64,000 bases of DNA from a virus. The notes under the pieces were generated by a model. The model worked only from the letters and a program-made list of their open reading frames with translations, was not told where the DNA came from and ran no database searches. A program made the translations under genes and the position numbers. Below, in pieces: positions 33,189 through 40,789 of the stretch. Position 1 is the stretch's first letter; the number at the start of each line of letters is the position of its first letter. Where the stretch lies: positions 1 through 64,000 of IMG/VR virus record IMGVR_UViG_3300012357_000001; one strand, written 5' to 3'.

Positions 33189-34969
33189 GACTTGATCCAC
33201 CTTTCTTCCAGGATCTTCCCGTCCCAGGTGATCGGCACCTGGTACGTCTCGCGGTCGGTCAGGATCCTGGTCATCGTGGCCAGGGCGTCCTTGGCGATCT
33301 CCTTCGGGAACTCGCCCATCACCTCGTCGTGGATCGTGAGGCGCAGGTACGGGGTGAGCCCGGCCGCGTCCAGCTCGATCACGCCCGTCTTCAGGATCTC
33401 GGCCGAATGGCCCTGGACCTTGTAGTTCAGGCCCGCGTACTCCCTGCCCCGGTCGGTGTAGAGCACCCGGCCCGTCGGCGTGGTCACGAAGCCGCGCCGT
33501 CCGGCGCGCACCTCCGCCTTGCACCGCTGGATGATCTGCTGCATCAGCCGGTCCGGGCCCGGATAGAGCTGGCCGAACGCGTTGTACACCGGCGACGCCT
33601 GCTCGACCGGCACACCGGCCGTCAGCGCCATGCGGTCCAGGCCCGACCCGTAGATCCTCGCGTAGGTGGAGTTCTTGGTCAGCTGGCGGCGCACGTCGGA
33701 CTTCGGGATCTGCTCCGGGTCGGTCTGGTAGATCCGACCGGCCATCAGCCGGAAGAAGTCGATGCCGCTCTCGTCGGCCTGGCGGAACATCTCGATCATG
33801 CCCCGGTCGTTCGAGAAGTGCGCGGTGATGCGCGCCTCGATCTGGTCCGCGTCTACCGTCACGAACGCGTTGCCCGGCCGCGGCCGGTAGGACCCGCGGA
33901 TCATCGGCACGTCCCGGTCGAAGGTCTGCATCGGCGGGTCGGTGACGGACTGCCGGGAGGTGCGCGCCTGGCAGGTGTTGATCGAGGCGTGGATGACGTC
34001 GTCCTCGTCGCGCAGCTCGAGGAACTTGCGCAGGTGCGTGTTGACGATCTTGCCGGTCTTGCGTGCGTAGGCGATGGTCTCGATCAGCTTGCGGTGCTCC
34101 GGATACGTGTTCGAATACAGCTTCAGCGTGTCCTTGTCGGTCGACGCCTGGCCGCCCTTCGTCCACACGGACGTCGGGATGCCGACGGAGTTCAGCGCCC
34201 GTTCGATCTGCGCGGCCGAGTTGACCGAGCTGATGCCGAACTCCTTGTGGAGCCAGGTGGTCGCCTCGCGCTCCCACGCCTCCAGCCGCTCGATCTGCCG
34301 CTCGATGTACGGCACGTCGAGCATCATCCCGGCGTCCATCATGCTCGCGGCGATCCGGGCGGTGGACCTCTCCAAGTCGTACGCCTGGCGGAACTTGGAC
34401 ATGGTCTCCGGCCCGTGCTTGTGCCACAGGTGCGCCGTGAGCACCGGGTCCAGCGCGGCGTACGCGGTGTAGCCCGGATAGTCGAGCGGCACGGTGGCCC
34501 ACGTCCAGTGGTTGGCCGACATCGCCTCCTGCAGGACACGCTCGCCGATCATCGCCCGCGGGTCGATGTCCTGCGCGGCACGCGGCTTCAGGCCGTGCGC
34601 GCCGATCGAGTCGTGCAGGTGGGTCACGAACAGCGTGTCGTGGATCTTCGCCCAGTTCAGCTTCAGACCCAGCTGGCGGTGGATCACCCGCCAGTCGTAG
34701 CCCATGTTGTGCGCGCCGAGTTCGCCGCGGTAGTCCCGCAGGATCTCCAGGATGCCGCCGCCCCACAGCTTCGCCGGGGCGGCCCATCCGGTGTGCATGT
34801 CGCCGATCTGGATCAGGCGGCACTCGTCCCGGTACGGGCTGAGGCCCGACGACTCCGTGTCGAAGCACAGCGGACCCTCGCGCCTCTCCCCGGCCCACCG
34901 CTTGCACTCGGCCAGCTCGTCGATCGAGGTGATCGTGCGCAGGCTGACGCCGTCGAGTACGCCGGTCAC
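33185..34969 (-). CDS. DNA polymerase I (family A) with 3'-5' exonuclease domain
   Basis: Exo motifs FDTES, HNMGYDW and YAALDP. Pol motifs DADQIEARI, RRQLTKNSTYARIYG and IHDEV. GTG 34969 overlaps the upstream stop. Confidence 0.9.
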   Translation of the reverse strand: MTGVLDGVSLRTITSIDELAECKRWAGERREGPLCFDTESSGLSPYRDECRLIQIGDMHTGWAAPAKLWGGGILEILRDYRGELGAHNMGYDWRVIHRQLGLKLNWAKIHDTLFVTHLHDSIGAHGLKPRAAQDIDPRAMIGERVLQEAMSANHWTWATVPLDYPGYTAYAALDPVLTAHLWHKHGPETMSKFRQAYDLERSTARIAASMMDAGMMLDVPYIERQIERLEAWEREATTWLHKEFGISSVNSAAQIERALNSVGIPTSVWTKGGQASTDKDTLKLYSNTYPEHRKLIETIAYARKTGKIVNTHLRKFLELRDEDDVIHASINTCQARTSRQSVTDPPMQTFDRDVPMIRGSYRPRPGNAFVTVDADQIEARITAHFSNDRGMIEMFRQADESGIDFFRLMAGRIYQTDPEQIPKSDVRRQLTKNSTYARIYGSGLDRMALTAGVPVEQASPVYNAFGQLYPGPDRLMQQIIQRCKAEVRAGRRGFVTTPTGRVLYTDRGREYAGLNYKVQGHSAEILKTGVIELDAAGLTPYLRLTIHDEVMGEFPKEIAKDALATMTRILTDRETYQVPITWDGKILEERWIKS

Positions 34970-35475
34970 CGGATGACCGCGGACTGCGGGATCAGCGCGA
35001 GGATCTCCGGGTGCTTGAGGCCCGCGGCGGCGAGCAGCTCGACGACCGGCTGGGACCAGTACGGGGTGCCGGTGCGGCGGTCCATCGTCAGGTCGTCCAC
35101 GACCTGCTTCGCGGTGTCGAGCATGTGCACGTTGTCGCGCGGGATCTCGATGCGCACCGCGGCGTCGGGGTCGAGCGCGGTCGGCTCCGGCGGGCGGCAC
35201 TTCGCGCACGGCTCCGCGTCGCCGAGCAGGTCGGCCGCGGTGCTGCGCACGCCGGGGCGCGCCTGCTTCGGGGTGCGGCACGACGTGTCGATGCGGTGGT
35301 AGAGGACCGACCTCGAGCAGCGGTGCACCACCCACCCGCCGTCCTCGCGGTGGTACAGCGACATCTCGATCCACCGGGCCCGCTCGCCGTCGTCGCTGGT
35401 CACCTCGGCGGCAAGCTCTCCCTCGAAGTCGGCTAGCGTCCTGCCGTGGTGATCCTGGATGGTGACATGTGCCAT
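34966..35475 (-). CDS. hypothetical protein, first gene of the leftward block
   Basis: ATG 35475 is M19 of the track ORF, preceded by TTCAGGGAGGAA. Confidence 0.55.
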   Translation of the reverse strand: MAHVTIQDHHGRTLADFEGELAAEVTSDDGERARWIEMSLYHREDGGWVVHRCSRSVLYHRIDTSCRTPKQARPGVRSTAADLLGDAEPCAKCRPPEPTALDPDAAVRIEIPRDNVHMLDTAKQVVDDLTMDRRTGTPYWSQPVVELLAAAGLKHPEILALIPQSAVIR

Positions 35476-35481
35476 CTCCGT

Positions 35482-35514
35482 GTTCCTCCCTGAACTTGTC
35501 CTCAGATCAGGATA
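35482..35514 (-). promoter_or_regulatory. class-2 promoter-plus-leader element (TATCCTGATCTGAGGACAAGTTCAGGGAGGAAC)
   Basis: 28 of 33 nt identical to 41634-41666. Lies upstream of ATG 35475, in the 75-bp divergent intergenic region. Confidence 0.5.
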
Positions 35515-35526
35515 CACTGGAATCAG
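35513..35526 (+). promoter_or_regulatory. rightward -10-like element (TACACTGGAATCAG)
   Basis: TACACT followed by an ATCAG-containing discriminator resembling class 1. Overlaps the leftward -10 (AGGATA at 35509-35514) back to back. Upstream of the Prim-Pol gene. Confidence 0.35.
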
Positions 35527-35550
35527 CACCAGCGTTCAGGGAGGATTGCG

Positions 35551-36471
35551 ATGGACTGTCACCACCAGGATTTCGACGCAGGGGATCCCATCACCGAGCA
35601 GTACGGGCTGGGCTCCGCCGCGCTGCGCTACCAGGGCCAGGGGTACGCGGTGCTCGCGCTGGCCCGCGGCCGGAAGAAGCCGCACCGGATGCTCGGCGAG
35701 TACGGCGGAGTGCACTGGGCCTCGATCGACGGCCGCGCCGCCAAGTGGTCGTGGTCGCAGGACCGCGCGGCCAACATCGGGGTCGCCTGCGGCTCGCCGT
35801 CCCGGCTGGTCGTGGTCGACCTGGACGTGAAGAACGGGCAGGACGGCCCCGGGCAGCTGACCCGCTTCATGACGGAGCACGGCTTCGGCATCCGGGACGC
35901 CCCCATCGCGGAGACGCCGTCCGGCGGCGTGCACCTGTGGCTGCGCACCCCGCGCGGCATGCGCGTGCAGGGCCGTCCCGGGATCCTGCCGGGCATCGAC
36001 ATCCTCGGGGACGGCAACCTCGTGGTCGCCCCGCCCTCGATGGCGGTGGTCTCCTCGCGCACCGGGGAGTCGGTCCCGATCCCATACCGGTGGTCGCGCG
36101 GCTGCTTCTGCTCGGCGCCGGACGCTCCGCCGTGGCTGCTGGAGTGGGTCGCGTCGGCAGGTCCCGCGACCTCCTCGGGTGGCAGCACGTACAGCGGCGA
36201 CGACGTCGACATCGGCGAGCTGAAGGAGCGCGGCGCGCCGGTCGGCAGCCGGAACCGGGAGCTGTACCGCGCCGCCTGCTCGCTGCACCGCAGGCTGCCG
36301 CCGGACCGTGTGCTCGACGAGCTGCGCGCGATCTGGATGGCCGGGGACGTGTCCGGCATGCCGTGGCGCGAGGTTCTGGTGCTGAGCGAGAGCGCCCGGA
36401 AGTTCATCGACGGACAGCGGGCGCGCGAGTACGCGCTGCGCGACGCGTGGCTCAAGAGGGGGACGCGGTGA
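35551..36471 (+). CDS. primase-polymerase (Prim-Pol) domain protein
   Basis: Motifs VVVDLDVKNG and SGGVHLWL are typical of bifunctional Prim-Pol N-terminal domains. First gene of the rightward block. Confidence 0.75.
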   Translation: MDCHHQDFDAGDPITEQYGLGSAALRYQGQGYAVLALARGRKKPHRMLGEYGGVHWASIDGRAAKWSWSQDRAANIGVACGSPSRLVVVDLDVKNGQDGPGQLTRFMTEHGFGIRDAPIAETPSGGVHLWLRTPRGMRVQGRPGILPGIDILGDGNLVVAPPSMAVVSSRTGESVPIPYRWSRGCFCSAPDAPPWLLEWVASAGPATSSGGSTYSGDDVDIGELKERGAPVGSRNRELYRAACSLHRRLPPDRVLDELRAIWMAGDVSGMPWREVLVLSESARKFIDGQRAREYALRDAWLKRGTR

Positions 36472-36650
36472 GGAGCCGGACGCTGGCGGTCACCGCGTCC
36501 GGCCCCTCGCCGACCCCGGATGCCAGCACTAGGCTGGCACGCACCCCCTCTGGTGGAGAGGGGACGCTCAGAGCATTCCTGGCTGAAAGGAACACTCGGA
36601 TGAACATGCTACTCGACTCGTCCGCGCCCGCGTCAGGGGTGCGCAGGTGA
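36468..36650 (+). CDS. possible 60-aa coupling ORF
   Basis: GTGA overlaps at both ends (Prim-Pol stop and helicase start). Intermediate GC3. Contains two hairpins. Confidence 0.3.
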   Translation: MRSRTLAVTASGPSPTPDASTRLARTPSGGEGTLRAFLAERNTRMNMLLDSSAPASGVRR

Positions 36651-38053
36651 CAGCCACGGCGACAGCCCCGGCGGCCGTGGACACGCTGATGGGGATCCTG
36701 CAGAAGGACTACTACGTGGCGGCCACCACGGACGGGAGACCGTTCGCGGTGCGGCTGGACGCCCCCTCGGTCATGGTCCCGATGCGCGGAGCCTTCGGCA
36801 TGCGGCAGCGGTTGGCCGTGGACATGTACGCGCAGACCGGCCGGGTGGCGAACAACGACGCGCTCTCCTCCGCGCTGAACCTGGCCGAGGGCGCGGCCAT
36901 GGGCAAGGGCAGGGTCACCCCGCACCTGCGGATCGCCGCATGGCAGGGGTCGATATTCCTGGACCTGGGCCGTGCGGACGGCAAGGCCGTGGAGCTCCGG
37001 CCCGGCGCGTGGCGCGTGGTGGACCGGCCGCCCGTGCTGTTCACCAGGACCGCGCTGACGGCCGAGCTGCCGCTGCCCGCCGAGGACGGCCGGATGGAGG
37101 CTGCCCGCGACCTGATCAACATCCGGTCGGTGGACGACTGGGCCCTGTACGTCGCGTGCCGGGTGGCGTCCCTGTTCCCCGGCATCACGCACCCGATCGA
37201 GGTGATGAGCGGACCTCCGGGAAGTGCGAAGACGGCGGCCACCCGGATCACCACGAACTGGATCGACGCCTCGCCCGCCATGCAGCCGGTCCCGCGGGAC
37301 GGGCGGACCTGGGCCGCGCTGGCGGGCGGCCGGTACGTGCTGGCGCTGGACAACGTGTCCTCGGTGGCGCGCTGGTGGTCGGACGCGCTGTGCAAGGCGG
37401 CTAGCGGCGACGGATGGGTGGACAGAGCCCTCTATACGGACGGCGACCTGTACGTGGCGGCTTTTCAAAGCGTGATCGTGATGAACGGGATCACCCTGGG
37501 CGGTCTCGAGGGAGACCTGGCGGACCGGCTGGCGGCGCACAAGCTGGCGAGGATCACGGCGTACCGGTCGGACGACGAGGTCGCAGCCGTATGGGCGCTG
37601 GCGCACCCCGAGGCGCTGGCCTGGCTGCTGGACCAGACCGTCGCGATCCTCGCCGACATGGCGTCCATGCCGCAGCCGGTGGGGCAGGACCGCCTGATCC
37701 GGTTCTCGCAGATCGTGCAGCTGATCGACCGCCGCTGGCGGACCAATGCGATCGGTGCCTGGCGTTCGGGGCGGTATGCGGCCCTGGAGGACATCGCAGA
37801 CGGGGACGCGGTCGCGGTCGCGCTGCGCGAGGGGGTGCGCGCCGAATGGCGGGGCACGGCCACGGAGCTGGTGCACCACCTGGTGATGCACGGAGGGCTA
37901 CAGGACGAGTTCGGGCGCAAGTGGTCGCCCCGGATGCTGTCCGAGCGGTTGGAGCGGTCGAGCCAGGCCCTGGCGGCCATCGGCTGGCGGGTCGAGCGGT
38001 TCCGCGAGGGGCACGACCGGAAGCGGATGATCCGGATCCTGCCGCCGCAGTGA
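36647..38053 (+). CDS. P-loop NTPase, primase-associated helicase-like protein
   Basis: Walker A motif GPPGSAKT, Walker B-like YVLALDNV. Lies directly after the Prim-Pol gene. First in-frame start after stop 36584-36586. Confidence 0.65.
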   Translation: MTATATAPAAVDTLMGILQKDYYVAATTDGRPFAVRLDAPSVMVPMRGAFGMRQRLAVDMYAQTGRVANNDALSSALNLAEGAAMGKGRVTPHLRIAAWQGSIFLDLGRADGKAVELRPGAWRVVDRPPVLFTRTALTAELPLPAEDGRMEAARDLINIRSVDDWALYVACRVASLFPGITHPIEVMSGPPGSAKTAATRITTNWIDASPAMQPVPRDGRTWAALAGGRYVLALDNVSSVARWWSDALCKAASGDGWVDRALYTDGDLYVAAFQSVIVMNGITLGGLEGDLADRLAAHKLARITAYRSDDEVAAVWALAHPEALAWLLDQTVAILADMASMPQPVGQDRLIRFSQIVQLIDRRWRTNAIGAWRSGRYAALEDIADGDAVAVALREGVRAEWRGTATELVHHLVMHGGLQDEFGRKWSPRMLSERLERSSQALAAIGWRVERFREGHDRKRMIRILPPQ

Positions 38054-38068
38054 GGGACCGGATGAGAG

Positions 38069-38094
38069 GCCCGGACTACGGTCCGGGCTTTTCC
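38069..38094 (+). terminator. intrinsic terminator (GCCCGGAC-TACG-GTCCGGGC + TTTTCC)
   Basis: 8-bp GC stem, tetraloop and T tract, 16 nt after the helicase-like gene stop. Confidence 0.75.
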
Positions 38095-38096
38095 AC

Positions 38097-38402
38097 GTGC
38101 GGACGCATGCGGACGGAGGTCGCACGGTTGTCCCTTTACTCTTCCTCTCTATTTACCCCCTACCAGAGAAGGTATAGGGCGGACTGTCCTCCTGCGTCCG
38201 CGCGTCCGCAGAGAGGAAGTGGGAGGCTGTAAATGTGCGTCCGTATGGTCCGCATCGTCCGCATGAATCAGTTGCGGAGTGCGAGATGTGCGTCCGCATA
38301 GACGGATCATGCGAGGTGTGCGTCCGCGTCGGTGGGTGTGCGACCGCATGCGGACGCAGGATTCGTGGGTGTCAGATGGATAGTGCGAGATGTGCGTCCT
38401 CA
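38097..38402. repeat. array of at least 11 GCGTCCGC / GTCCGCAT-type short repeats in both orientations (iteron- or operator-like)
   Basis: Copies at 38099, 38108, 38193, 38202, 38234, 38247, 38256, 38287, 38317, 38337-38358 (palindrome) and 38391. An 18-bp direct repeat lies at 38278-38295 and 38382-38399. Confidence 0.8.
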
Positions 38403-38454
38403 CAGGTCAGGTACCAAGATCAACTTACCCTATGGCTTTGGGATCATCGGGCCG

Positions 38455-38469
38455 TATCATGACCGCATG
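38455..38469 (+). promoter_or_regulatory. -10-like TATCAT placed for a leaderless transcript of the TerS-like gene
   Basis: TATCAT at 38455-38460. The A of ATG 38467 lies 7 nt downstream, and no SD-like sequence intervenes. Confidence 0.3.
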
Positions 38470-39099
38470 GACGAGCAGGAGCGGCGCTCAATGGACGCGG
38501 TCATGGCGAATCTGCTGGGCCCGATCCCGACACATCAGTGCAAAGGGCACAATAAGGCCGGAGGGCCGTGCGGACAGGCTCCGGCAGCCGGATCAGAGGT
38601 CTGTCACCTCCACGGGGGCAAGGCGCCTCAGGTGATCTCCAAGGCGCAGGACCGGATGGCGCACCGGCAGGCGGTGATCGACGCGAAGAAGAGCGTGCTC
38701 GACCTGACGGACGAGGAGCTGATCGCGCAGTACGGCAACCCGGCCGAGACGCTGCAGTGGATCATGGCGATCTCGCGAGCGCTGGCGAGCCGGATGCAGG
38801 CCGTGCTGGCCGACAAGGAGGAGCTGACCTATTACGACGCGTTCGGCAACATCCACGTGCGCGGCGAGGTCGGCGCGATGCTCAAGGCGGCCGACCTGGC
38901 TGGGACGCACGCCGAGCGCGCGCTGCGCCTCGGATTGGACAAGCGGGGCCTGGACCTGCAGGAGAAGCAGCTGCTGCTGCTGGATAGGGCGCTGGATACG
39001 GCTCTGACGCAGGCCGGGCTGAACACGGAGATGCAGAAGACCGTGCGCCGGGTGCTCCGGAGTGAGATTCTTGCTGCGGACAACGCCATGACGGAGTAG
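38467..39099 (+). CDS. terminase small subunit-like protein (zinc-ribbon N-terminus)
   Basis: M46 of the track ORF. The motif CKGHNKAGGPCGQAPAAGSEVCHLHGG followed by a helical body matches my recollection of actinophage TerS proteins. Unverified. Confidence 0.4.
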   Translation: MDEQERRSMDAVMANLLGPIPTHQCKGHNKAGGPCGQAPAAGSEVCHLHGGKAPQVISKAQDRMAHRQAVIDAKKSVLDLTDEELIAQYGNPAETLQWIMAISRALASRMQAVLADKEELTYYDAFGNIHVRGEVGAMLKAADLAGTHAERALRLGLDKRGLDLQEKQLLLLDRALDTALTQAGLNTEMQKTVRRVLRSEILAADNAMTE

Positions 39100-39140
39100 G
39101 CTGGTGACAAGTAGTCATCTGGTCAGGGAGGAGCAACCGA

Positions 39141-39608
39141 ATGAAGGTAGCCACCATGCAGGACTTCGGCGGCAACAGGGTGCACGTCAGTAGGGACGGG
39201 ATCTTCAGCGCCGTGGTCGACGGCATCACGTACGAGGCGGACACGCTCGTCGGGCTGCGGGACGCGGTCATGTTCCGCACGTATAAGAAGCCTGACAAGG
39301 TCGAGGTGCCGTTCACGGTCATCGAGGACGGCCAGATCCGCAACGGCACTGCACTGGGGATCCGCGGGATAGACGGCCACATCCAGGTGCTGTGGGCCGA
39401 CACCGACCGGCTCGGATTCATCACCTGGACCCACCGGGCCCTCAAGCGGCTGGGTACGGGCGACGCGGACACGTACCGTCGGCTGTGCGCCGCACGGGAT
39501 GCGGCGATACACGCCGTCGAGCGGTTCGAGCGCACGCACTCGATCAACATCAAGGACGAGATCGCTGCGGCGCTCGCCGCGGACGGTGAAGGGAAGAGGA
39601 CCGAATGA
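39141..39608 (+). CDS. hypothetical protein
   Basis: Track ORF preceded by GTCAGGGAGGA at 39122-39132. Confidence 0.55.
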   Translation: MKVATMQDFGGNRVHVSRDGIFSAVVDGITYEADTLVGLRDAVMFRTYKKPDKVEVPFTVIEDGQIRNGTALGIRGIDGHIQVLWADTDRLGFITWTHRALKRLGTGDADTYRRLCAARDAAIHAVERFERTHSINIKDEIAAALAADGEGKRTE

Positions 39609-40129
39609 GCAGCGAGAAGACGTTCGGCGCGTGGCTGCTGGAGCAGCGCGAGCGCCAGGACACCACCGGCACGCTGGCGCGAGCCTGGGGCCAGCTGCGC
39701 GACGCGCGCGGCTACAACCGGCACACCCGGGTCAAGTCCATCAGAGAGCTGCTGTCCGCATCCCTCGGCGAGGACTGGCAGGCGCTGCACGGCGACGAGT
39801 CCATCGACGCGGCCGAAGCCGAATGGAAGCTGGGCAGCGAGGCCGTGCCCGGAGAGCCGGTCAACGGCAGCGAGCAGCTGCCCATCCCACTGCTCGCGGC
39901 CCCCATGGCCGTGCTCAAGGTCGACGAGATCACCTACGAGCTCACCCCCGGCAGGCACTACGTGCTGGTACTCCAGCCCGTGCTGCGCGAGGCACCGGAT
40001 GAGGCGCCCGAGCAGTCCATCACGCTCACTGGCGAGCCGCACCTGACCGTGCTGACCAGGCCCGACGGCGGGTACGACTGGTCGGCTCTCTATGGGCTGG
40101 CGGACCACAGCGCGGAGTCGACCGAATGA
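39605..40129 (+). CDS. hypothetical protein
   Basis: Track ORF with ATGA coupling. Confidence 0.55.
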   Translation: MSSEKTFGAWLLEQRERQDTTGTLARAWGQLRDARGYNRHTRVKSIRELLSASLGEDWQALHGDESIDAAEAEWKLGSEAVPGEPVNGSEQLPIPLLAAPMAVLKVDEITYELTPGRHYVLVLQPVLREAPDEAPEQSITLTGEPHLTVLTRPDGGYDWSALYGLADHSAESTE

Positions 40130-40329
40130 GCGGCCCGGCACGCACCGCGCTGCTCACGGTGGTGCTCGACATGAGGGTCACCGACACCGCTACCGAGGGC
40201 GAAATGCTCGATGCGGTGACAACTGCGCTCCGGGAGGTGCAACCTGGGATGCAGCACTCCGGCGCCGTCATCACGGTGACCGGGGTCACCACGAGCATCC
40301 AGACCGAGAGCACAGGAGGATCCCTATGA
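40126..40329 (+). CDS. hypothetical protein
   Basis: Track ORF with ATGA coupling. Confidence 0.45.
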   Translation: MSGPARTALLTVVLDMRVTDTATEGEMLDAVTTALREVQPGMQHSGAVITVTGVTTSIQTESTGGSL

Positions 40330-40526
40330 GCGCGCTGGATCAGTTCCGCCCCATCGGCGAGCTGGCGGAGGCCGAGGAGAACGCGGTGGTCATCGAGCGG
40401 CGCGATCCCGCCCGCTGGCAGGGCCCGCTGGCCGACGCGGTCGACCGGGCCGTGGACGACGGAGACACGGTCTACCTCGTCGAGGACGGCCGCCGGGTGG
40501 CCGTCATCACGCCGCTGGGCGACTGA
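40326..40526 (+). CDS. small acidic protein with Phd/YefM-antitoxin-like pattern
   Basis: M79 of track ORF 40092..40526, ATGA coupling. The segments AVVIERR... and TVYLVEDGRRVAVITPL give only a weak resemblance. Confidence 0.3.
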   Translation: MSALDQFRPIGELAEAEENAVVIERRDPARWQGPLADAVDRAVDDGDTVYLVEDGRRVAVITPLGD

Positions 40527-40531
40527 GCCGG

Positions 40532-40789
40532 GTGGCCAGGGAGGGCTTCTTCGAGGCCGGGCACAAGTACGTGCGCACCGACCTGGAGGACACCGGATGC
40601 GAGTTCTGGTGCTTCCACGCGTCCGAGGCGCCGCAGCCCGGCGCCCTGGGGCGGTTCGCCTTCGGGTTCGAGATCTCGAGAGGGGAGGACAGGCTGAACC
40701 GGTGGCTGCCCTTCATCGAGTGCGAGCGGATGGGCGCACCGTCCGAGGGCATGTGGACCGACGCCGGTCTGTTCGTACTGGAGGTCTGA
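40532..40789 (+). CDS. hypothetical protein
   Basis: Track ORF with GTG start. Confidence 0.45.
   Translation: MAREGFFEAGHKYVRTDLEDTGCEFWCFHASEAPQPGALGRFAFGFEISRGEDRLNRWLPFIECERMGAPSEGMWTDAGLFVLEV

Noticed and set aside
38097-38402. The short-repeat cluster as a possible CRISPR array.
   Set aside because: The repeat cores are only 8-18 bp, occur in both orientations, have irregular spacing (0-70 bp) and often abut each other. There are no spacer-like unique segments of uniform length and no cas genes.
38235-38462. 75-aa Cys-rich ORF (…ECEMCVRIDGSCEVCVRVGGCATACGRR…) spanning the repeat array, which might be a zinc-binding peptide.
   Set aside because: The periodic Cys/Val/Arg pattern is a direct by-product of translating the TGTGCGTCCGC repeats. 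Third-position GC is poor, there is no RBS or start motif, and the ORF ends inside the -10-like element of the next gene.
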